Both the position numbers and the translations under genes were made by a program. Below the pieces are notes generated by a model. It made no database searches. It was given only the letters and a program-made list of their open reading frames with translations, and was not told the DNA's origin. Source: Phallusia mammillata (lineage: Eukaryota). Taken from it: DNA of 64,000 nt. Numbering within the stretch: the first letter of the stretch is position 1; every line of letters begins with the position of its first letter. This document shows positions 27,001 to 37,016 of this stretch, piece after piece. The DNA lies in the NCBI GenBank assembly GCA_965637545.1, contig OZ281499.1, forward strand, positions 7,812,001-7,876,000, read 5' to 3'.

Positions 27001-28880
27001 AGGAAGTGACCGATTAACAACTTAATGAGAACGTTGTTTTAAATGTTATTGACAACATCAACGAATGTGACTGTTGGTTAAAGAGACGTATTTTTCCATT
27101 TCTTTACAGTGCGTACCCACTTTTCATGGTATTAAACTTAATAAACAAATAGTGATATAACCGGTGCAAAGACAAAGATTTCAATATTCTTTCCTAAATG
27201 ATTAGTGTTGTCAACAACAGCACAGTCTTGTCCACTACCTATTGATTCACATCTTGCTGCATGGAACCGCAAAAGTCGGAGCAGTACCTAGAAACGTAAG
27301 GCCTACCTTGCCTGCAGTAAATCCAATCCGCGTGGTATCGTGCGTCATTGTAGAATAACGTGCCATCATTTGGCTATGGGGAAACCACGCCGCGTTCATT
27401 AAAGTTTACGCTGGACCCGTTTACACTCTTTGCATAGAACCCTGGCCTTTTCCCCACATGTAAGGTATATCTCGACAGATTTTTTGGCGCGCGGCGCGTA
27501 CGTTATGCTTGTGACGTATGCGCGTCCTTTGATAGTTCACCAGACTTGTTTGACTTTTCCTTTATCCGCTTTTCAGTTAGAGTCTTAGAGATGATTTGCC
27601 CAGCGCGTAGAACAGCTGTGTTCATGTTTTACCAGACCGTTTTTAAACTAATGTACAAGGCACAACAGAAATTTAAATTGCGTTTATCTATGCGTACCGC
27701 ACAAAAATATTAGAGATGTTTTTCTGTCTTCATAAAGTTCAACATTATTATATAGGTGATGAATTGTTTGTTCAGGATTAGGACTTTCAAATTAATAGCT
27801 GATAGGGGTTTCAACTGTTTTAAGAACCTATTTGTCACCTTTGTTTATTCTCGGGTTGCTTTTGCACAATTTCTGCAAGGGGGTCCGTATAAAGCAAAAG
27901 AGCAAATAGGGGCAAGTTTTCTCGAACGACTGAGTCACGGACGATTAGTTTTTACGCGATGATAGAAGTCTCAGGCTCACCAGACCATTGCAACTAGTGA
28001 TGCTCGGAATATGTCTTATAATTGACTGATCTATGCTGTGTCCCCTCCAAAAAGTCATTAGCTGTAAAAATGTTAAAAAGATTTTTAGAGAAGTTTAATT
28101 GAGTTCAGAACTGAGATGACGTGGTTTTTTGTCCGGTTTTGATGTTTGTGTTAGTAAGATTAAAAGAATAACAAAGTGACTGTTTCCTGACTAAACCTAT
28201 TAGCTTGGATCTACATGGGATTTTAATATCTGTTGAAAAAAGTTTCTTTTAAAAGGAACGTTGGTTTTAAAAATAAGTCATGCAATATTGAAATTGTAGG
28301 AAATAACCTAAAATAGCTGAGTCAGCTTATTTTACGATATTCTACTGGTATCTAGTTTCATCGTCGAAATTTTGATTAATTTTAATCTAACCCTCGTAGT
28401 TTTCAAGTCATTAATAAGCGCGTTTTGTTTGGTCTGTGCACTATCGCGTGTCAATAAATAATTATCATTTGCTGCCAGTTCTTCATGCGCTCTTGTTGCC
28501 AGTTAATGGCTCTTCACAACAATTCAACGAAATTGAAGAGCTATGATCTTTAAAGTTTTGTTTCTATTTTGAGAAGTGTTAGAAGTCCACTGAATAGACT
28601 CGAGCTTTGATACGTGTTGATGAGATGCAAATTTAATGTCCCACTGCAGCCAGCAATTATGTAAATTTTTCCAATGGTCCAGCAGCACTACACCAACGAG
28701 TAGAAACTAGGTTTTATCATAAAAAGTTGGGAGTTTGCTTTTACACTTTCTATGTGGGTTTTTTAAACTAGCTCACCATGGAAAGAGATTTAACTGGGTT
28801 TTAACGACGGTGACTAATGAATCGTGTTTGGTTGCAGAGGTTGCACAATAAAAGTTTTAGTGTTACGTAAAACTGACATT

Positions 28881-31800
28881 ATGAAGATCGTCGTTGCTGG
28901 AATGCCGAAGACCGGTACCAAGTCCATCAAGGCGGCGTTGACCATGCTGGGCTACACTGTGTACGATGCAGAAGAGAACTTTGACAATCTTCATGAGGAT
29001 TGGACCAAGATCATGACCGTTGGCGGTAGCCCAGAGGACTTTCGACGGATGTACAAGGATGTGGACGCAACATGCGATGTACCAGCTTGTTACTACTGGG
29101 AAGACATGCACAAAGCTTTTCCTGACGCAAAGGTGTGTCTATATAAATACGTGGCAATGGTCATTAAAGTTTGTATCATAAATTGCAACAAAAAGTCTTT
29201 ATTGAAAACTTTACTCAGTTGATTAATTAATTATTGTAAATAGCTAAAAGTTGCATTTTTGCCTTCGCCCCTACGCTGTCTAGTCTATTGCACAAAACAT
29301 GATCTACCGGATAAACGATATCGCGAAGCAATGTGTGAAGTGCTGACATTTTGTAGCCTGTTGTATTGTATGTTTATTTGATGTTTAGCGGAATAGATAA
29401 GTCAAACCATAATCCGACATGGAACCGCATATTTCGCAGTAAATGCGAGCCTTTTCAAAACACACACTTTAAGCACTAGTGGTGACAAAGTAAACCCGGT
29501 ATTTTATTAAATTGTGATTGTCTTGCGATCAACTGCTTAGGATTCTTTAAAAACACTTTGTGGAACAAAATATTGCCACCGGCCTTGAGCAGCATCTATG
29601 ACTGGATCCTGTTCAACAATCAGTCTCTAAACTTTGCTAGCCTGCTGCGGAAACATTAATCTCTCCTTTCAGGGGACATTTCATTGCCTTTGCGTGCGAC
29701 GGATACGCTACTCTATAAATAGAAACCCGTGGTAAATGCGGTTGAGCCCTTTGTCGTCTAAGCGTGGCAGAAGTTATAAATACGTTTGCCACTAGAAGAA
29801 AGAGTAAAGTTTCTATCCGTGCGAACGGTCAAGGTCACTTCGGGTCAAAGACGGCGAGAAGTTATTTCAAACCAGGCACGTTACCTCATAGCAGAAATAT
29901 TTTTTCCTTATTGTCAACAAGTTCCAAAAACCGTGGTCTTGAGATAAACACTTGTTTGATAAGCAATAGCGTTGCAATCACACAGACACAAAAAATACCG
30001 TTCTGATCATTGAATTCATGCGTTGGCAATTCATCGGGAAATCAAACAAATTGACTCTAACATACACATTCACCGCTGCTTTAAGCTGAAAGCACGATAC
30101 GTGCACTCGAATCTGGACTTAATGGCGGATGCTTAAATCGTTTGAACTACCATAACAGGAATTTAATCCTACCACGTTACCAAATTCGAGTTTCCCATAA
30201 GAGGATTTTATAGTATATCCGGTGTGCATGTAACAATATAGTTCAGGTCAGGAATAGGTAGCCAACTCAGGAATACTTCAAAAATCAACTTTCCAATCCA
30301 TTTAACCCTTGCCGCACGGTTTTACAATTTAGGCATTTGACATGGGCCACAAACAGTCAAAATCAAAAAACTAAGAAGATGCCCTAGTAATACAGCCGAG
30401 GTCTTGTGTAACACCATTACTGGCATACCAAAGGTCTTGTACATATACGCTGTTGTACCACGTCCTAGCATTTCCAAGAAAGGATTATAGGTCAAACGCT
30501 TGCACTATGTGTCTAGAACGGACGTTGAGAAGGCAGCGGCGTCTCATCAAAAGACTGTTGTGTGCCCGCAAATGCCAAGCCTAGCAGTTTGGGTTAAGAC
30601 TTGTGGTTCATGCGGTTATTGTGTTGTTTGCTTTGATATGTGCGCTTGTACACGAATTGCTGCTAAACCATAATTGTACTTAGTCTATTTAACAATATCA
30701 CGCATTTGGAACAAATTTTAGTAAATGTTTTTTTAAAGCTTGGAAGTTTTACTGTGGGTCGAAGTTTTTGAGTTTTTGCAACTATTAATCGAATTGTTTG
30801 TTGTATGAACAGGCATTTTATAACTGTTATTTCAGCAAACATAAAGGTTAACCGAACCTAAAATTACACTTTATGTTTTTCTACAAATCAGGGTACAGAG
30901 TCCTATAGCAATTCAGCACCTTAACCACAGAAAGTTTGTATTTATTCTCCACCCAGTATAAAAGAAAAGAACCACACGGAAATAAATCTAGTCGGCAGCT
31001 CGTGTGTCTTCCTTATCCACATGCTGCTGCACACATTTACGCTATCCTACACGTTTACCTGATTGAAGCGATGCTAAATGACATTCAGGGAAATTACTCA
31101 CACCACAACTAATATCCGTCAAAAATATCTGAATATCGATAAGTGGCGCAAAGGTTCCTGTTTAATAATTCTGCACTTCATGTCACCTACCGACAACAGG
31201 CAAGTTTTGTCCGATTTTATTTGGTCCAACGCTTTTTTACACCCAGTTCACATATCCGCAAAATTGTGCGGTCAAAACAAACCCTCTGCCCCGCCCTAAA
31301 TCTGCAAAGGAGTTGTATGGTGGAACACAAGAAAACACACACAAAATACACAAAATTTTGACAGTAATTTCTGTTTGTGTTTTCTTTTGACAATTTGAAC
31401 ATCTAACATTGAACAGAACAGTAACATTGAACATCTGTGCAAAAATCTCGCTATAAATCTTTTGTTGTCATCAATTAATTATCAATGCAAAGTTTCTACC
31501 CTCTTTTACAGGACTTGTGTTTGGTAAATTTTCAGCCCAAATTTGAATGTTCGGCCAAATCTGCTCGAGCTTATCTATGTGATTCAATTGATGCATTTTT
31601 GATAGATCGTGGGATGTTAATACACGAAAACCCTCCAATGTCATTCCACATCACCTTTTGTAACATTTAAACAGAAAATATAGGGGCACGTTTGATACAA
31701 AGACAATAATTAGCCAACTAACTGCGTTCATAGTTGTTTTGTGAGGCTTCAAGAAGCATTAAAGTTCGAAACCAAAATCAAAAAGTCGAAATTTCGGTGC

Positions 31801-34800
31801 CAAGTAATTAACTGAAAGTTTAGGCAACTTAAGAGAATGAATATTCTCCTCTGCGTCGATTCCGCAACAACTTGAAAATATGCTTTTGCATAAACAGTAC
31901 TACGTACGTCTTGTTGTTTATTGTGAAATGTTGGCTTCGCAATCAAACATGCACACATTAAATTACGCAGTTGCGCGTTCCTAATTTGCCACGCTAGGAA
32001 TGGAATTTGCCCAGAGGCGAAATATACAACATTTTGACCGGATGATTTTTAAACTTGTCTCAACCTCAACATTTTGATCATAAACAAATCAAACAATTAA
32101 ATTTGACTCAGTTATTTCTTCAAAGTGTAATATCCTTGTAAGCAATTAGATCCTTGTTAGTGAGCAATGGATTAAGGAGTGGTTCTTAACCATAGGGGTA
32201 CGTGTACCCCTTGGGGGTACGAAGCATCAAAGCAGGGGGTACGACATGCAGGGTGAAATTATATGCTATTTAGGCATATTTGTGAAGAATGCGTATCAAG
32301 TTACTTTGTTATATATCTGGAACGGGTTAGTTTTGTTCTACTTACAATATATACTGTTTTTATGCATGCATTCAACACCCAAGTTATAAACACACTAAGT
32401 TTAATTCCTATTATTACAATTTTATTTACTTCCGTCGGCCATTGTAGACAGGGGGTACGAGAAAAGTTTTTGAAAGCTCAAAGGGTACGAGCGTAAAAAG
32501 GTTAAGAAACACTGGATTAAAGAGTTTACCATATTGGAACCACAATTTTTTTAGACGCAGAACCCTAATTGAAAACCTTTAAGTAGAGAACTAGGAGATT
32601 AACATTGATTTTTTCGTCATCAGATTTTGCTCATGGTGCGCGAATCAGAAGATGAGTGGTGGGTAAGCATGGACCGTCAACTACGTATGTTAGCTAACTG
32701 TGGACTGTACAGTCGGATGAGTACTTTGTCACCGCACTGCGCACGATTACAACGTTTCCTCAATACAGCAAGTGAGTTAAAATGGTACTTTAAACATATG
32801 TTCATATTTATCTTTAAGTGTGAGTCATCTATACTCGCGAAAACGCACATTATGTGTTTTTATTTGCACCTAGTTGAACCAAAAATGTTAGAAACCTGAT
32901 TCGCTAGAGGTTAATGTTGTTCAATAATACAGATTACGAAAAAAAGGTGCCATAAAGTATAAAGTATGCAACGTCATCATTATGTACATTGGTTTGCAAC
33001 ATTGCATATGGTGCCACAGAGCAAATAGAAGAACATGCATTCAAACTGGGCCGGGGTACTCTTACATAACTCTCAACGTTTTGAACCGACGAGTTCATGG
33101 TTTTGAACTGACGGCCAGGGTTGTAGGTTTCTTATTTGTAAACATATTCCATTACATAACTGCGCGTCAGCTGTTTAAACTCAGCTATGGTCCGCAGTCA
33201 CATTTACGCGAAACCTTCATTTCGAATCTTGGTGTTCAACAAGTCGGTGTGTGTATAGTGATTTAATCCACTTCCTTGGCCATTGAAGAGACACGAAAAA
33301 CATGCGGAATCGAGTTTTACAAGCATTCGATAAGTTTACATTTGTTTATACCAGATTTCCGAATATACTAGTATATGCCTTTAAGCAGCATCAGCGAAAT
33401 CCAGTCAACAATAACAGAGAACAAATAGAAGTTGACACGGTTAATGCGGTATAGACTGGACTGTTTGGCGACGTGTCAAAGCTCATGTTGATTGAGAACC
33501 TGATCTTAGCAGATTTGTATAGTGTTAGATGGCGCCTGTCGTCTTCGCTTTAAGACGCCCATTAGAGCGGAAATGCGTTGCAACAAGTTAAGCTGGACCG
33601 CAAAATGGCGAAAACCCTGCATTCCAGCGCAAGTGGCGCTTGAAAACAAAAACATGTTGACTCAGCTTTTTGCCAGCCATTCTTACAACGTGATGTAGCG
33701 AAATCCGATCCCTCTGTTGTACTGCAGTTTTGTGTGGAAAAAATGATGATTGGCAGCTTGCAAAGATAATGTGGATGTTTTCAACGGGTGTGACAATCAC
33801 CGAGCGAAATTGCGTGATAAGGCCTTGAAATATGTTACTCGTTTCCACAAAACAACGACTCAATGTCAAGGTTAAAGCTGGAGTTTGCTTACTGTTGCTG
33901 TCATGTATGTCATTTCACCGACAACGTAGCTAAGTAGCTAACCTAGCTAAGCACCCCGTTTGTGAAATGACAACCATTTTAGAACGTATTCAACATTATT
34001 TTTCAAACGCTTTTTGGTGGTTGATTGCGAACCACTATTAAAAATTTGATATTGCTGGATTCGATCTGTTAGAAGAGAATGAAACTTTTGTATGTTATAA
34101 TTTAGACCTATATATGACAAATTGGCTCGTTATGAACGTTTGGTGAACTTTGACCGAAATTAATGCACCACTGAACTGTGAACGCGCGATATGTGTTTGA
34201 CTCAACGTTTTAATGTGTTAGATTGTTGCTAAGTGTCTCACCGCTCGTATTTGTGACATGTAGTTTGTTAAATCAAGCTGTTAACCTTTGCCATGCCATG
34301 CAAATGTCATGGGGTGAAACACTTAGAAAATCACCTATAGAGGTCGAGTAAAAGTTCAATAAATAACGTAGCACACACACAAAGGAGTACGGGACACTTC
34401 TCTTTCAAGAAGCCGCAAATAACAACATAGCAACACACCACCGATAAAACCAACGGTAGCTGTAAAATTGCCAGAAAAAAAACAGTGGCTGTGTTCATAG
34501 TTCTTAGAAAATGAATGATGGGGGTAAAGTAAATAGGTATCCATTTCCCGAAGCAATATTTAAATGTTGTAAATGTTTTGAATCTAAGAACACCCCTTAT
34601 ACCAATGTTTTATCTTTTGCAGTTCGAATTGCCTTTGGATCAGCACCAATATCACCCTGGCAAACCTACAGGCCAAACGAGCAATCAATGAAGATCGCCT
34701 ACAGAAATCACAACGCCCGAGTGTTGCAGGTAGGATTTTCCGTGCATTGCAGGCCACGGGTTTCGGCAATCCATGACCTCGCTTAACAGATTTCTTGCTT

Positions 34801-35515
34801 CCTGTTTGTTGGGAAACCTTATGCTGACCTCACATGACTGTCTGTTGTCTCTAACGCAGTCGCTTGCTCGGCTGTTGACAGTTAAGCATTCTGCATCTAT
34901 GACTCAGCTAGCGGTTAACCGGGGTGTTTTGTAATGTGTTTACTTCTTGTAGGGCGAAGGTGATTAGAAGTGTAATGTAAAAGGGCATCTTAGAAGAAAT
35001 AGTTGTAAGCAGGCGCCAAACTACCTGAACCCTTTTTTTTCAAAACAAAACCCGAACGAGGCCAGTTGGTAGAATTGGAACACGAATGAAACCAAGTCAT
35101 GCCCGAATCAAGTCCGTTTTTCTTTAAAACCGATCCATACCGGCCGACCTAGTTTACAACCCTGTCGGAAGATAAATAGAAAGCAAATTTTTTTAACATC
35201 TTAATTCCATCAATAATAGATTACCTAATATACTTATCAATTTATTTCCAACAGGTGGCACCAAAAGATAAGCTCCTCGTGTACAAATGCTCGGAGGGCT
35301 GGGAACCGCTGTGTTCTTTTCTTGGCTGCCAAGTTCCCGAAGAAAGTTTTCCTCACAAAAACCAACGAGGAAGCATCCTTAAGGAAGAGCTGAGCAACCC
35401 AAATCCCGGTTACCGGAAAATCCAACGCGAAATCACCGTATCTCTTTGCGCGGTCATGTGTGGCGTTGGCTACATTGCATACCGACTTGTACAGGCTTCT
35501 TTTATGTTTGTCTAA
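28881..35515 (+). CDS. Sulfotransferase-domain protein (Sulfotransfer_4 / P-loop family) with C-terminal TM anchor, 255 aa
   Basis: Exons 28881-29132, 32624-32771, 34623-34729, 35255-35515; phases 0,1,0; 768 nt open. Motifs MKIVVAGMPKTGTKS, DVPACYYWEDMHKAFPDAK|ILLMVRESEDEWW, AYRNHNARVLQ|VAPKDKLLVY...EGWEPLCSFLG..VPEESFPHKN, then hydrophobic ITVSLCAVMCGVGYIAY. Confidence 0.9.
29826..29847 (+). promoter_or_regulatory. Candidate nuclear-receptor response element (DR0+DR4) in intron 1 of the sulfotransferase gene
   Basis: CGGTCA-AGGTCA-cttc-GGGTCA: three RGGTCA-like half-sites in direct orientation, including TCAAGGTCA. Confidence 0.4.
32177..32514 (+). mobile_element. Non-autonomous hAT (Charlie-type) MITE, family A, copy 2
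   Basis: gagtggttcttaacc...ggttaagaaacactg with gattaa(g/a)g-like flanks; inverted homologue of 2865-3223 (shared ggggtacgaagca, tgcatgcattcaac, ggccattgtagacagggggtacgag). It ends 109 nt upstream of sulfotransferase exon 2. Confidence 0.85.
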
Positions 35516-36304
35516 CACTCGTATTGGAGTTTTGCCCTTTCATTGCGCTAACTCTCCGAGAGTAACTTAGTCAGCAGGTGACGAAGTGGGATAAAGAAAA
35601 AATTTTATTTTGCAGAGCAAATACCGCTGTAATTACATTTGTGAAACTTTTCTTAGTAATACGATGATCAAAAAGTTCGTGATTGGTTAGGAAACAAAGT
35701 ATTTGCGTAACATTGCTGCCCGGTATTGAACCGTTTCTTTTTCTATAGAAAGTGTATTGCAATCGTTAATTCGACAAGTTCACTATTTAAGGCATTGTAA
35801 TTTTGATAATTTTTAGCACTTAACCATTGTTCCAAGGCAAAAAAATGTCCGTTAAAGTTACAGCGTTTTTTCGTTGAAACCGCTTTTTAGAGAAGTTTAC
35901 CAAATGTTTTCCTTTTAATTTCCGATTGAATGACAAAGTTCCACATTTTTCTGTTGTTTTTGTGTTGTGAATTCCATCGTTAAGACTAAAATAGTATGTT
36001 TTTCAGGTTCGATTGATTATGTGCATTCCTATCACAGGCCTTCCTACAAAGACGTGTGTGCTAAATAATTTCTCGCAGCTGAAGCTAACATTTCTATCTT
36101 CTCTTTTTTTCCAGATTTTATCAATTTTCTGTTATTCCTCGTGTTTTGTGTACTTTGCAATGTGTGTTCTTGAATAAGCGTCTAACCAATTCGGAAAATA
36201 AATTTCTCAAGCGTGTACGTATAGTGAATAAAGTACAATCAGTTTTAGATGGCGCACTTGCACTAAATTGTTGTTGCCCGTCTCAACAAACGGGTGCCGT
36301 CCAG

Positions 36305-36665
36305 CAGTGGCGTAGCCAGGGAGGGGCCAAAGGGGCCATGGCCCCTCCCAAATTTTCAAAGTTGTACATTGATAAACTTTAATTTAGTGTAGTTTCGTCC
36401 CTCATCATTGTGGTTTCGTCTATCAACTATCAAAGGAATATATAAATTACTAAAAATGACTTTTGTCACCAAATTGTAAGCCGAAATCCATGCTTTTTAT
36501 AATTATGCAGACATGGAATAAATCAATAAAGCGTTTGGCTGTCCCGTCGAACCACCGTTTGGCAGGTCGCCTGTTTGGTAAAAGCACGCCGAGCGTTTGC
36601 AAAAAGTTGTATAAGACCACAAATTATTTGGCCCCTCCCAAAAGTTTTGGCTGCCTACGCCACTG
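36305..36665. mobile_element. Non-autonomous hAT element with CAGTGGCGTAG TIRs
   Basis: TIRs cagtggcgtagcc / ctacgccactg; perfect 8-bp TSD ccgtccag (36297-36304, 36666-36673); subterminal ggcccctccc repeats. Confidence 0.93.
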
Positions 36666-37016
36666 CCGTCCAGGGTATTTTTTTCTCCACAATAGTGACT
36701 GACATGGTTTCCTTTGCACAAATTTCAATTTTAAATATTTTTACTGGATATTCTTACATTATCTACAGCATTAAAACGAAAGATGTCACCTTATTTAGAG
36801 CCAATAAGATTTTTATAAATACACTAATGAGAACATTTTCATGCTGTCAGAAAATTAGGTAATTTGTTTGGCACCGTACCAAACTTATTTCCGACGAAAA
36901 TCATATGTTTATTCATGCAAAATATTTCCATGGAAACAGTATGCACTGGGAAATTCCCTGATTAAGACAAGAACCAAACTTAAGAAAAATTCCTTAGTTT
37001 TTCTATTCTTTACACT

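Noticed and set aside
30302-30597. piggyBac-like TTAA-CCC...GGG-TTAA bracket
   Set aside because: The putative TIRs match for only 3 bp.
33588-33869. 93-aa antisense ORF in sulfotransferase intron 2
   Set aside because: No motif, TTG/GTG-type start, and no splice support.
13589-35515. SLC35G transporters plus sulfotransferase as a PAPS-supply gene cluster
   Set aside because: Known PAPS transporters are SLC35B2/B3, not SLC35G; the genes are 10 kb apart; and a cytosol-facing enzyme would not need lumenal PAPS.
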